A stretch of DNA of 29,617 nt from Elusimicrobiota bacterium. GTDB taxonomy: Bacteria; CG03; SLGR01; JBDRKX01. The notes below the pieces were generated by a model, which ran no database searches, had not been told where the DNA came from, and saw nothing but the letters and a program-made list of their open reading frames with translations. The stretch is from assembly GCA_043813605.1 (NCBI GenBank), contig JBDRKX010000052.1:1-29617 (forward strand). The letters run 5' to 3'. The position numbers were made by a program, and so were the translations under genes. Each line of letters opens with the position of its first letter. Positions within the stretch are counted from its first letter, which is position 1. Of this stretch, positions 1 to 9,786 are shown piece after piece.

Positions 1-3000
1 CTGAGCCATCATCACGGTGCGGGTAAGATGATGGGGCCTGATATGGAAGAACATATAGGAAGCCAGCAGATGTCGGTGCTCCGGGCGCTCAAGAGACATT
101 TCGATCCGAACAACATAATGAATCCCGGCGGTACGCTCGGATTGGATATGCCGGAAACAACTGGTGCCGAAAAAGAAACAGCTGAGATAGATGCTCCGGC
201 AAGATCTGAGGTAGCTGATGTGCTTGATATCCTCTACTCATCAGCGCGCGGAAGTGAAGTTGAGATTGAAGCCGGGGCCCGGCTGGCATTGCTGACCGGA
301 GAGGTCGTAACTGTAAATCACGGTGAACTCGGAATAAGGTATCAGGATACTACGAGGATAATGAAAAAACTTTTTGTGACTGATATGATGTCCACGGAAT
401 ACGAACTCCCGGGGTATATAGCGGATCTTCCCTATACCGAACGAAGGATAAAAATGAAGGAACTTCTTGAAGGACTGAAACGCAAAGACATGCAGCAGCC
501 GTACAAGATGATCTTTATGAAGGGAGCCGGCGGAGAACAGTATTATTTCAATATGCAGAAAGGTGATATGGCGCTTGAAAAAACCGCAAGGGAATTATAT
601 GAATGGCTGGATTTGTCCATGCCGGGTACTTATATAGATGAGGATTATCACCTTGTTTACTTGTCTTCAAGCAAAAAGGATGTCAAATACGGTCAGGAAG
701 AAGCGCGTAAACTTGGTAAGCTTGCAGCTTTGTATTATCTGCTCGGACACGGTGAATTTGGCGCTTTACAGGTTTATAGCGGTTCCAGCGATGAGCTTTT
801 TATGTTTGACAACCAGGCGCTGTTTTCCGATATGCCTATACTGGAAGACTATATCAGCCGGATATTGAGGTTCAGACCCGCGCATAAAGAGGATTTTCAT
901 AAAGGTTTTACCGAAGCATCAAAAGTTCTTGATGAAAAGAGACCTGAGCTCGAATCAATGTTGGAAGGTCTCATTAAATCCGGTGTCAGGATAAAATCTA
1001 TCCAGAAAGGACTTGAAGAACTTACAGGAAATGAACTTACAGGTAAGAGAACATCAGTAATATACTACAGGAAAAAGCTTTCGGAGGAAGATGTCTCCGG
1101 TACAGTATCCCGTTTTGAAGAAATTCACGACATCGCTGCCGGAAGAACAATACTTACTAATGAGCCTGAAATCAAGGAAGCCAAAGAACCGCAGGAAAAA
1201 GCAAGGTCTCCCGGAAAAACGATTAACTCCTTAAAGAACCTGGTGCTCCTTATCCTGGTACCGCTGCTCACAGTCCTGCCTTTAATACTGTCGGCATGTA
1301 CGGGAAAACAGTACAATATTCGTGTCCCGTCATTGACTGAAAACACTGTTATAAACAGGGTTATTACTCCCGCTGAACCGGCTTATTATATTGTTGACGG
1401 GAAAATGGTTGAGATACCCGGCGGTCTTGATTTCTGGAAACAGTTACTCGGAAGAGATACTACAACAGGCAATTTTTCCGAAAGGATATCAGTTCATAAC
1501 GCCGCTCAGAAACTGCTGGAACTTATAAATGATTATAAACTGACAGGTGTCCAGCTCAAAGTGCTGGCTCCGGTAGTTCATAAACTCACAGATTATCTCA
1601 AAGAATCCGATAGTACTAAAATGCCGCACCAGGAAAGCAATTCTGCTACAGTGCGATATACATTGGGTATGGTATCAGAGTGGAACGGTGACTACCCGGC
1701 GCTTGCCGAAGCATTACCCGGTATACTGGAAAAGATATATGATTACAGGATGGCGCTTCTCTTTTTTGACGGAGTATCCATACAAGAGGCCTCAACTGTT
1801 ACCGGATTATACGATTATATGGCCGCTCTGGGGGAAAACCGTGAATCCATAAAAAGGTTCCAGTCAGCCCTGTATATGATAAAAAAAGCAGCCAAAAACG
1901 AACTTCTTTCTCAAGGAGATGCCGACCGTCTGCTCAAGGGCCTTTTTAGAATATCTCCTGATGCCGATATTAATGACATTGACAGTAATTATGAAGACTG
2001 GATAGAGAGAGAACTTAAACCTCTGCTGGCAGCAAGTCTTGACTCATGGTATGAAAAAGCGCTGTATGAAGGCAGGTCCGCTGATGAAATATCTCCGCCT
2101 TCCGGATTAAAGAGCTGGAAAGAGGCTCCCTGGCAGAAAGTACTGGTAAGGGCGGTCGCAGGTATATCGTTCAAAGATACTCTTTATGTACCGTCAGCCG
2201 GTGAAACTGAAAGAATAGAATATATTATTGATGACCAGCGCGTGGAAAGGAAGAAAGCAGGCCTTTTTCTTTTAGGTCTTGCTTATGCCGATTCGCTGAG
2301 GTTTCTGCCTAAAAAGACTTATGACAGGATACCGGTAGGCAAATACTATAATCTGCCCGGAGCGCATCTCACACAATATAACAGCCTTTTCGGTAAGATA
2401 GAGCCCTGGAAAAACGCGGGTTTCGCGATAACGCTGGGAAATTACAACAGAAAATTCAAGACTTCGGAGATACCGTTCATGTCAGGCTGTATTCTTGCTC
2501 TTCCGGCTGAAATGGGACATCTTCATCATTACCTTTCCCTGGTGCTGTCCGGCGGCAGCTGGTATGACATTATCGATATGGAGAATATCAAGATGTTAGA
2601 GAATTCGGAAATATTTGACAGGCTCTATTATTTATCTGTAATGACAGCGCTGCCTTACCTGTCATATCCGGAAGCCGTTAAATATGTTCACCTTACATAT
2701 GAACTGGGTATTGATGCTCTCAAAAAAGATGACAACGGAGATCTTTTTAGAAAGATAAAGAATATCGTGTCTGAAAAACGCTGGGATGAAATATCCGGTA
2801 TCATTGACTCAAACAGCGATAAAACGCTGGAAAAACTTATACCTTCTGAAATATATTATACAGGGCTTCTCTTGCGTGAAGACCCGCTCTATAATTCACC
2901 TGTTAAAGATAAACTGCTTCAAATAAGCAGGAGTATTGCCGATTCCGGTGTAAGCCGTGAATCTTTCAGCAGAGAGATAGACGCCGCCGCCGGAATATTT

Positions 3001-6000
3001 ACGCTGGTAAAAGATTTCAGGGCAGAAATACACGAGCTTTTTGTTCCTTCGTTCTGGCCGCATGGCGAAGGCGGGACCGAAGAGCACATAGCTGCAGAAA
3101 GGATAACCGAAGATATCAGGGTGTGGCTTTCCGGTATATTGGTAGAGCATGAAATACCTCCTCAAGTCATGCCTCGACTGGTGATGAAAATAATCGAACG
3201 TATAGCCCCCGGACAGGTACAGAAAGATTCCGATGACTGGCGTCCCGTGCTGGAAGAAATCAAAAGAATCTCCTCAAAGGAGATAAATAATTGGATAGAA
3301 GAACTTCTTGAGGAAGGTGTCCTGAAACGCGGAGAAAGACCTGGGCCCGGCAAAAGAAAATCTGTAAAGGAAATATATGAAAACCGTGATTTTATGGGCA
3401 GTCTTGCCATGCTGGTCCCGTTTATCTTCTTTGGCGGATTAAAAACCTCAAGGAGAAAAGAGGGATATGGCAGATCTGCCGGTGAGACTGATATAGATTT
3501 TAAGAATATCCGTTCCCAAAATGCCGCTGACATATCGGGAGTGCCTGGTATCAAGGCATACAGCGGGTCTGAAACCGGTGAGAGTGTTACTGCGGATAAA
3601 AAAGCGCCGGGGCTTCATCCCAAGTTTAAAGAGTTGAAGAACAAATTCGCCGGTTCAATCATTATGAAAACAGATCTTAGTGATGCGGCAATAGCTATAA
3701 TAAATCATCTTGTGAATAATCCGGAGGACGAACTCGATATGGATCTGGCAGAGAAGATATTGGATGAACACAAGAAAGTTTACCTTACACCTGCCGAAAA
3801 GATCGAGTTCTGCTCAGACATACTCGGATTGACAGGCTACGGCGAGGATTTTTGGAAAGATCCGTTTAACAGGGCCGGAGCAGCGGACTATGTATCAACC
3901 AGAAATAAAAAGCCTTACAGCGCGCTTACTGAAGACGATTTTAATGAAGCAGGTCTAAACGAACTTACCGGCGCATATGATATGAAGGATGTCATTGAAC
4001 TTGCAGTAAATATAAATTATGAAAAAAATATAAAACCGGTACTGGACTACATAACGGATTCTGACGGGCGTGTTTATACTAAATACGAACCGCTCTGCTC
4101 CGGTTGGTTCCTGAAAGGCAGGAGATTAAACATCGGTACAGATAATGATTCCGGACTTGAAGAGATAAAGGACAGCCGTGTAAGAACAGATGCTTTTATA
4201 CTCCTTGCGGATATGTTGAGAGGGCCTTATAGTGAACTGATTATCGATCTGCTGGATAATGACGATATGATGGAGCTTATTACTACGGATCCGGAAGCGC
4301 TCCGTATCTTCACTGTGAATGGCGCGCCGTTTTTAAGGAGAGTACATCCGTCACTCCGCGGTTATTTTATCAGAGACAATACATTCAGGGATTCATTGAC
4401 TTCAGTAAAAAAAGCAAACAGTTTTTACAGTATAATGTCCAGAGAGTTCGGTATGATGGGTAATCCTATGACAAAACTGCTCTACGAGATGCCGGAAGTC
4501 GGCCGGCGGCTTATGAATAAACTGGATATGGACAGGATAATATCCGCAAAAGACCAGGGGTATCTTTCCAGTATAGTACTTTTCTCTAAAGAACTGCTTG
4601 ACAGTAAGGATATGTTTGACGGCATCACAATTGCGAAGAAAAACAGGAAACTTTTCAATGCGCTCGGATTCACTGACAGGCATGGCCGCATTGATTTCGA
4701 TGCACTATTTAAAGATGACAGGGAATATAATATGTTCACGACAGTACTGAGCCTTGCTGCCAGGGATCCGGAACTCGCAGAGTTCTTCAATGTTCCTCAA
4801 ATCGGGATAATAAGTGCCGCAAAAGAAAATCCGCAGTATGAAGAAGCGCTCTACAGGTTTTCCAAGTCACTTCCCGAGAAAAGCGAGTCTCTTCAAAAGG
4901 ACGGTAATTTCATTATAGCGGGTGTCAACTTTTCAGGCAGCGCGATAACAGAAGAATCAGCAGGAAAGATGAAAGAGATAGTATTTAATTTTGAGAGATG
5001 GATGAAGTCTGCGACTATACTTGAGATGGAAAATATCGGAGAAGATCTGCTTCAGATGATATCATATCTTATGAGTGATCCCGAAGCCAGGTCTTACCTG
5101 GGACAATTGTTCTTGAACTTTGATGCATTCACAATGATGATGAATAAAGTGGATAATTATTATAACAGGGACCCGGAACTTGTCCGGCTTCTTATAAGTT
5201 CACCTGAATTCGTATTGAATGCTGCCGGTCTGGTAGCCAGGCATGATTTTATCGATCTTCTCGACAGGATCTCCCGTATGACAGATATCCGCAGCACGGA
5301 ACAGGGTGAAGAACTGTTCGTTGCAGACAGGCGTTACCGTGAGGCGATGGCTCTTTTTGCAGATAAAGATGGACGTGTAGAACCGCTGAACATAATATCT
5401 GATACCAGGAGTTTTACAGTCTTCCGTGTACTGGCGACCATTGCGCTCAATAATCCTGTATTTGCCGGGTATGTATCAGAGAGCGCTGTTCAGAACGCGA
5501 GGGAGGGAGAATCGGGTATAGATTCGGCATACAGGCTGATAATGGGTGAATCCGGTAAGGATGACAGATCCGAGATACTTAATGTGGCAGGGCATATGCT
5601 GGCATCACTGGAAAATGCTCGTGTAAAGGCCTCTGCATACCCGGGCTCTGACAGACTGAGATCCAGGATAGAAGAATATATGAGCCGTTTCTATGATGGC
5701 GGCGGAAATATGCTGCCCGGCCTCCTTTACGGCACAGGATCGCTTGTAAAAGAATTCAGTGATTTCAATTTTTACAACAGTCTGGCTGACCTGATGACAG
5801 AAGCTCCGGAATTGGCATTTGCGCTTATGGATCTTGAGATCAAAGGTGACAGGATGAATAAAGAAACTGTATCCCGTACGATCTCTTTTATGGACTGGCT
5901 TAGAGAAGATCCCGAGCGGAGTAAAGTTTTCAGAGTGTTTATAATGCCTGATCTTGCAGGAATATACCGTGATACACCCGAAGTGCTGGATGTGCTGCCG

Positions 6001-8550
6001 GAGATCATGGGGTCCTCGGAAGACCTGTGGGCCACACTGAACCTGTTTACCAGAGTACCTCTTTCTTCTGAATCGATGGTCATGTTAGTAAGGCATATCA
6101 GGACAATGTTTGATCCGGACAGGAACTATGCCGGTATAAATGTATTCCTTCCGGCGCTGACACTGTTTGCGGAACTCGGCCGCCGCGGCGCATTCAGCCG
6201 TGAATCAGCCGATGACCTGGTAAGAAAACTTGTTTCCGGCAAGACACCAGATGATTACAGAAAATGGATAAGGAACGATCTTGCGGACAGTCTCAGGCGT
6301 GAGGGAAGGCTGGCAGGTTATCTTAATTATGACAGGATAGAAAGAAAAATAAGGCGGAAAGGATTCGGTTCCTGGCAGGAAATGATACTAAGGGCTGTTA
6401 TAGGAGAGCAGGGCCAGAGGACGGGATATCACCTTTTTAAAGGCAATATGCTGGGCAAGGCGTTCAGCCTGCTTGAAAAACTGGGAGTAGACAGTTCCGA
6501 AAGGGAAGAACATTTTGCCATGGCAGTCATGAGCGTGCGCGAACAGATATTCCACAGTCCGAAACTGGGCAGAAAACTGTATCCGGGTTTCCATCGCAGG
6601 CACATCTTTTCGACCAACCCGTCCCTTCGTATTCCCAATCCGTGGCGCGGGTCTTTCTATCTGCCGCCGCAGGACGCATTTGCCTGCAGTCCGATAGTAT
6701 ATTCGGCTGAATACGGGCATGCTCTTGAAGCAAGGATAATGAAAGGAAAGATCAACGGTGAGATACCGGACAGGCTGCAGTTTCTTATTGCCCGTCTGGG
6801 GGATACCGAGATACTTGATACAGCGATAGAATCCCAGAGTATCGTGCGCGAGCTTGCAAAAGAGGTCTTCACCGGATCGGATCACATAGCTGACGGTTTG
6901 GGGATCCTAAGAGTGTTTATAGGCAGGAAAAAGAGATATAACGCCATAAGGGACAGGCTGGTCTCTGATAATATCAAAGAAAGGATACAGGGCTGGGATG
7001 AATTAACGATAGGTGAACAGTACAGTCTCGGGCTTATGGTACTGGAAGATAATAAGATAACAGGTCCCGCGGTTGACGAGTTAAAGAAAAAAGCGCTTGC
7101 CGCCCGAAGCCTTGCAGGAGGAAAACTTGCCGATAAACTGGGCGCGATATTCGTATCCGTGCTCGGATCCCATTATTACAGGGATACATATCTTCCGGGG
7201 CATGATATGTTCGACCAGGTGAAAGATGAACATATCATGGCAGAGATCATTACACAGGATGTTGCTATAAAACTTGCGGATATGGCTATGAGGCTGAATG
7301 TTTCCGGAGAAGTACTGCCGTTTATAACTGCCCGGTTCATGGAATGGTTTATGGAATCCCTGAAACAGAAAGATATGAACGACTGGCTGCCGGCTGCCGA
7401 ACTCATAGACAAGGTGGATGACAAACTGGTCAGGTCGTGGCTGCGGGACGGTATGAGAGAGGGTATAGTGGCGAAAGGCATTGAGCCCGGACTGGGTTTC
7501 TCTGAACTTTGGGATGAGTACACCTCAAGGGGCGCTTTGGATATGCTCAAAGATATGGTGGAAAAAGAAGGCCGTGAGATGTTCAGCAGGGTATTCGGCC
7601 TGAGTCATCCGCAGGCAAAACTCCTGGCAAAGCTGCTTCGCATACCGAGAAGGATACTCGCGATGTCATATAAAGAAAAAGATCTGAAATTTGACGGCCC
7701 GGCGCTGGTTAAAGGCATATTTGATAATGAAAATGCGATGAGAAAAGAGGTTAAATCCATAAGAAATGAAAATGCAGACTTTCTGGATAAATTTATTGAA
7801 AAAGATGACAGTATCAGCAGCATCACATTAGCTGAGAAGAAACATTATGATGCAGCTTTGCGGCAACTCAAACTGGATATGCCTACAGCAAAAAGCCTCT
7901 TGAAACTTTCTGATATTAATCCTGTTATAGCCGGAAGAGTACTTGAAACAGTGGTTTCCATGGAAATAAACAGAAACAGCGAAGGGCTTCTTGATATAGA
8001 AAAGACTGTGAGCAGGGTTAAGGGGATCGATAGCGCAAGAGAACTGCTATCGCTCATTCTCTGGTTTGAGATTTTTACGATTGGCAGTTATAATGATAAG
8101 GAAACGATCGCCAGGCACATAAGGTACAGGCTGCGGGGGTTCGATTCTAAAAAGGTTGATTCGGTAGTTTCCGAAGTGCTCAGAAATAACGAGCGGTTTA
8201 TAGTTGAAAAACGCGATATAAAACCGGGTACATCCAGGGGCGTTATGCAGGCGGATAAAGCCAGAAAGCTCAAAGAAAAACCGAAAGGCCGCATAGAAAG
8301 ACTGGTTGATGTGATACGCGGTCTTGGAAATGTTATATCAGCAACACCGAGGATACCTCCTGTGCTTGCGTTAATGGCAGGCCAGGGTGATTTCGACTCT
8401 ATAGCGGCTTACGCGCTGGGAGAAAGACGCGCCAAACCGCTTATAGTGATATTAAAAGAGCAGTTCGATATCATCGCCGGCGGCAGGGCAAACGATTACA
8501 GGATGTATGATGACCTGAATGCTTTTAAGAGTATGCTTGAAGCTACGTAA
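1..8550 (+). CDS. Giant multidomain protein, 5'-truncated by the window (at least 2849 aa). Visible parts: C-terminal end of an FAD-linked oxidase (alkyl-DHAP synthase-like), degenerate kinase-like region, two hydrophobic segments and a duplicated large helical domain
   Basis: Frame 1 is open from base 1 (LSHHHGAGKMMG...) to TAA at 8548-8550, so the ATG at 28 is internal. SHHHGAGK...LKRHFDPNNIMNPG matches the C-terminal signature of FAD-linked oxidases (VAO/alkyl-DHAP synthase family). Hydrophobic stretches lie at about 1240-1299 and 3391-3438. Confidence 0.85.
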   Translation: MSHHHGAGKMMGPDMEEHIGSQQMSVLRALKRHFDPNNIMNPGGTLGLDMPETTGAEKETAEIDAPARSEVADVLDILYSSARGSEVEIEAGARLALLTGEVVTVNHGELGIRYQDTTRIMKKLFVTDMMSTEYELPGYIADLPYTERRIKMKELLEGLKRKDMQQPYKMIFMKGAGGEQYYFNMQKGDMALEKTARELYEWLDLSMPGTYIDEDYHLVYLSSSKKDVKYGQEEARKLGKLAALYYLLGHGEFGALQVYSGSSDELFMFDNQALFSDMPILEDYISRILRFRPAHKEDFHKGFTEASKVLDEKRPELESMLEGLIKSGVRIKSIQKGLEELTGNELTGKRTSVIYYRKKLSEEDVSGTVSRFEEIHDIAAGRTILTNEPEIKEAKEPQEKARSPGKTINSLKNLVLLILVPLLTVLPLILSACTGKQYNIRVPSLTENTVINRVITPAEPAYYIVDGKMVEIPGGLDFWKQLLGRDTTTGNFSERISVHNAAQKLLELINDYKLTGVQLKVLAPVVHKLTDYLKESDSTKMPHQESNSATVRYTLGMVSEWNGDYPALAEALPGILEKIYDYRMALLFFDGVSIQEASTVTGLYDYMAALGENRESIKRFQSALYMIKKAAKNELLSQGDADRLLKGLFRISPDADINDIDSNYEDWIERELKPLLAASLDSWYEKALYEGRSADEISPPSGLKSWKEAPWQKVLVRAVAGISFKDTLYVPSAGETERIEYIIDDQRVERKKAGLFLLGLAYADSLRFLPKKTYDRIPVGKYYNLPGAHLTQYNSLFGKIEPWKNAGFAITLGNYNRKFKTSEIPFMSGCILALPAEMGHLHHYLSLVLSGGSWYDIIDMENIKMLENSEIFDRLYYLSVMTALPYLSYPEAVKYVHLTYELGIDALKKDDNGDLFRKIKNIVSEKRWDEISGIIDSNSDKTLEKLIPSEIYYTGLLLREDPLYNSPVKDKLLQISRSIADSGVSRESFSREIDAAAGIFTLVKDFRAEIHELFVPSFWPHGEGGTEEHIAAERITEDIRVWLSGILVEHEIPPQVMPRLVMKIIERIAPGQVQKDSDDWRPVLEEIKRISSKEINNWIEELLEEGVLKRGERPGPGKRKSVKEIYENRDFMGSLAMLVPFIFFGGLKTSRRKEGYGRSAGETDIDFKNIRSQNAADISGVPGIKAYSGSETGESVTADKKAPGLHPKFKELKNKFAGSIIMKTDLSDAAIAIINHLVNNPEDELDMDLAEKILDEHKKVYLTPAEKIEFCSDILGLTGYGEDFWKDPFNRAGAADYVSTRNKKPYSALTEDDFNEAGLNELTGAYDMKDVIELAVNINYEKNIKPVLDYITDSDGRVYTKYEPLCSGWFLKGRRLNIGTDNDSGLEEIKDSRVRTDAFILLADMLRGPYSELIIDLLDNDDMMELITTDPEALRIFTVNGAPFLRRVHPSLRGYFIRDNTFRDSLTSVKKANSFYSIMSREFGMMGNPMTKLLYEMPEVGRRLMNKLDMDRIISAKDQGYLSSIVLFSKELLDSKDMFDGITIAKKNRKLFNALGFTDRHGRIDFDALFKDDREYNMFTTVLSLAARDPELAEFFNVPQIGIISAAKENPQYEEALYRFSKSLPEKSESLQKDGNFIIAGVNFSGSAITEESAGKMKEIVFNFERWMKSATILEMENIGEDLLQMISYLMSDPEARSYLGQLFLNFDAFTMMMNKVDNYYNRDPELVRLLISSPEFVLNAAGLVARHDFIDLLDRISRMTDIRSTEQGEELFVADRRYREAMALFADKDGRVEPLNIISDTRSFTVFRVLATIALNNPVFAGYVSESAVQNAREGESGIDSAYRLIMGESGKDDRSEILNVAGHMLASLENARVKASAYPGSDRLRSRIEEYMSRFYDGGGNMLPGLLYGTGSLVKEFSDFNFYNSLADLMTEAPELAFALMDLEIKGDRMNKETVSRTISFMDWLREDPERSKVFRVFIMPDLAGIYRDTPEVLDVLPEIMGSSEDLWATLNLFTRVPLSSESMVMLVRHIRTMFDPDRNYAGINVFLPALTLFAELGRRGAFSRESADDLVRKLVSGKTPDDYRKWIRNDLADSLRREGRLAGYLNYDRIERKIRRKGFGSWQEMILRAVIGEQGQRTGYHLFKGNMLGKAFSLLEKLGVDSSEREEHFAMAVMSVREQIFHSPKLGRKLYPGFHRRHIFSTNPSLRIPNPWRGSFYLPPQDAFACSPIVYSAEYGHALEARIMKGKINGEIPDRLQFLIARLGDTEILDTAIESQSIVRELAKEVFTGSDHIADGLGILRVFIGRKKRYNAIRDRLVSDNIKERIQGWDELTIGEQYSLGLMVLEDNKITGPAVDELKKKALAARSLAGGKLADKLGAIFVSVLGSHYYRDTYLPGHDMFDQVKDEHIMAEIITQDVAIKLADMAMRLNVSGEVLPFITARFMEWFMESLKQKDMNDWLPAAELIDKVDDKLVRSWLRDGMREGIVAKGIEPGLGFSELWDEYTSRGALDMLKDMVEKEGREMFSRVFGLSHPQAKLLAKLLRIPRRILAMSYKEKDLKFDGPALVKGIFDNENAMRKEVKSIRNENADFLDKFIEKDDSISSITLAEKKHYDAALRQLKLDMPTAKSLLKLSDINPVIAGRVLETVVSMEINRNSEGLLDIEKTVSRVKGIDSARELLSLILWFEIFTIGSYNDKETIARHIRYRLRGFDSKKVDSVVSEVLRNNERFIVEKRDIKPGTSRGVMQADKARKLKEKPKGRIERLVDVIRGLGNVISATPRIPPVLALMAGQGDFDSIAAYALGERRAKPLIVILKEQFDIIAGGRANDYRMYDDLNAFKSMLEAT

Positions 8551-8575
8551 GAGCATTAGCAGTAAGGAGAAAGAT

Positions 8576-9763
8576 ATGGAATACGGAAACATGCCAAAAG
8601 ACCAGAAAATAGAATGGATCAAATCTCTTACTCCCAATACAGCTATATGGGAGATAACCCTGAAATGCAATATGAGGTGCATACACTGCGGTTCTACAGC
8701 CGGCCCGGACACCCGGCTCCTTGATGAGCTGAATACAAAAGAAGCTATAGACCTTGTTCATCAGCTTGCGGAGATAGGTACCAAAAGAATAGTCTTTTCC
8801 GGCGGGGAACCGTTTATAAGGGGCGACTGGCCGCTGCTTGCGAAGGAAGCGGCAGTAGTCGGGATAATGCCTTCATTTATCAGTAACGGGTATATGCTGG
8901 ATGAAAAAGTTGCCGGTCAGATAGCAGAACTGAAAAAAATAAATGAACTTACTCATGTGGGCCTGAGTTTGGACGGTACGGAAAAAATACACGATCATCT
9001 CCGGCAGATATCGGGTTCATACAAACGGGTGCTGAGGGCGATGAAGGCGTTGAGAAAAGAAGGGATACTAATGTCAGTAGTATCAACCGTAAGCAAATTC
9101 AATATTAAAGTACTGCCTCAAATGATGGATGTAGTGTTCGGCCATGACGCATGGCACTGGCAGCTTCAGATGGCGACACCATGGGGCCGTTTTACCAGGG
9201 ATATGATGCTTGATACGGAAGAATACATGTATATGCTGTATTTTTTAGCGGAGCAGAAAGAGAAACTCGGCAATAAGATAAACGGTGCGGATGACTGCGG
9301 TTATTATACGTATCTTGAAGATAAACTTCGGCCTCAGGGCACCTGGAGCGGATGTCATGCCGGTGTGCGGACAATAGGTTTGAGGTCGAACGGCGATGTT
9401 ATGGGATGCCTGTCTCTTCAGGAAGAGGTGTTCATAGAAGGTAATATAAGGGAAAAGAAACTTCGGGATTTCTGGTATGACCCTGACGCATTCAGCTACA
9501 ATAGGAATTTCGTAAAAAGTGATCTTAAAGGATTCTGCGGCACCTGCCCTAACGGGTTGGTTTGCCGTGGAGGCTGCAAGAATACGGCGTATTCTATCAC
9601 GCGTGATCCGGCGGAGAACCTTTATTGCGCGTTCAAGATAATGATGGAGGATAAAGACGGCATTACAAAAGATCCGAAAAAACTTAAAGAAAAGATATAT
9701 TCTTCAACTTATACTGAAGATAATATAAAGTCGGTAGCAGATGAAGTTTTGCCTGCTCAGTAA
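8576..9763 (+). CDS. Radical SAM/SPASM protein, resembling PlpX / Y_X(10)_GDL-associated peptide-modifying enzymes (candidate splicease)
   Basis: WEITLKCNMRCIHCGS (CxxxCxxC), FSGGEP, SLDG, WQLQ. SPASM cysteines in WSGCHAG...NGDVMGCLSL...CGTCPNGLVCRGGC...YC. AAGGAG RBS precedes the ATG at 8576. No N-terminal RRE domain is visible. Confidence 0.9.
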   Translation: MEYGNMPKDQKIEWIKSLTPNTAIWEITLKCNMRCIHCGSTAGPDTRLLDELNTKEAIDLVHQLAEIGTKRIVFSGGEPFIRGDWPLLAKEAAVVGIMPSFISNGYMLDEKVAGQIAELKKINELTHVGLSLDGTEKIHDHLRQISGSYKRVLRAMKALRKEGILMSVVSTVSKFNIKVLPQMMDVVFGHDAWHWQLQMATPWGRFTRDMMLDTEEYMYMLYFLAEQKEKLGNKINGADDCGYYTYLEDKLRPQGTWSGCHAGVRTIGLRSNGDVMGCLSLQEEVFIEGNIREKKLRDFWYDPDAFSYNRNFVKSDLKGFCGTCPNGLVCRGGCKNTAYSITRDPAENLYCAFKIMMEDKDGITKDPKKLKEKIYSSTYTEDNIKSVADEVLPAQ

Positions 9764-9786
9764 ACGATAATTAGGAGAAATAATAA

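Noticed and set aside
28..30. ATG at 28 as the start of the giant ORF
   Set aside because: The frame is open from base 1 and encodes the conserved SHHHGxG motif upstream of this ATG.
1..8550. Giant protein as a splicease substrate or a lanthipeptide synthetase
   Set aside because: Only a few scattered YG dipeptides occur in about 2850 aa. The LanM-like segment lacks catalytic residues, no cyclase domain is visible, and the precursor has no Cys.
8519..8575. Longer start for the first rSAM (similarly 11523 for SPFH and 26592 for nrdJ)
   Set aside because: The downstream starts at 8576, 11466 and 26679 have clear SD sequences; for the rSAM and nrdJ they also avoid long overlaps with the upstream gene.
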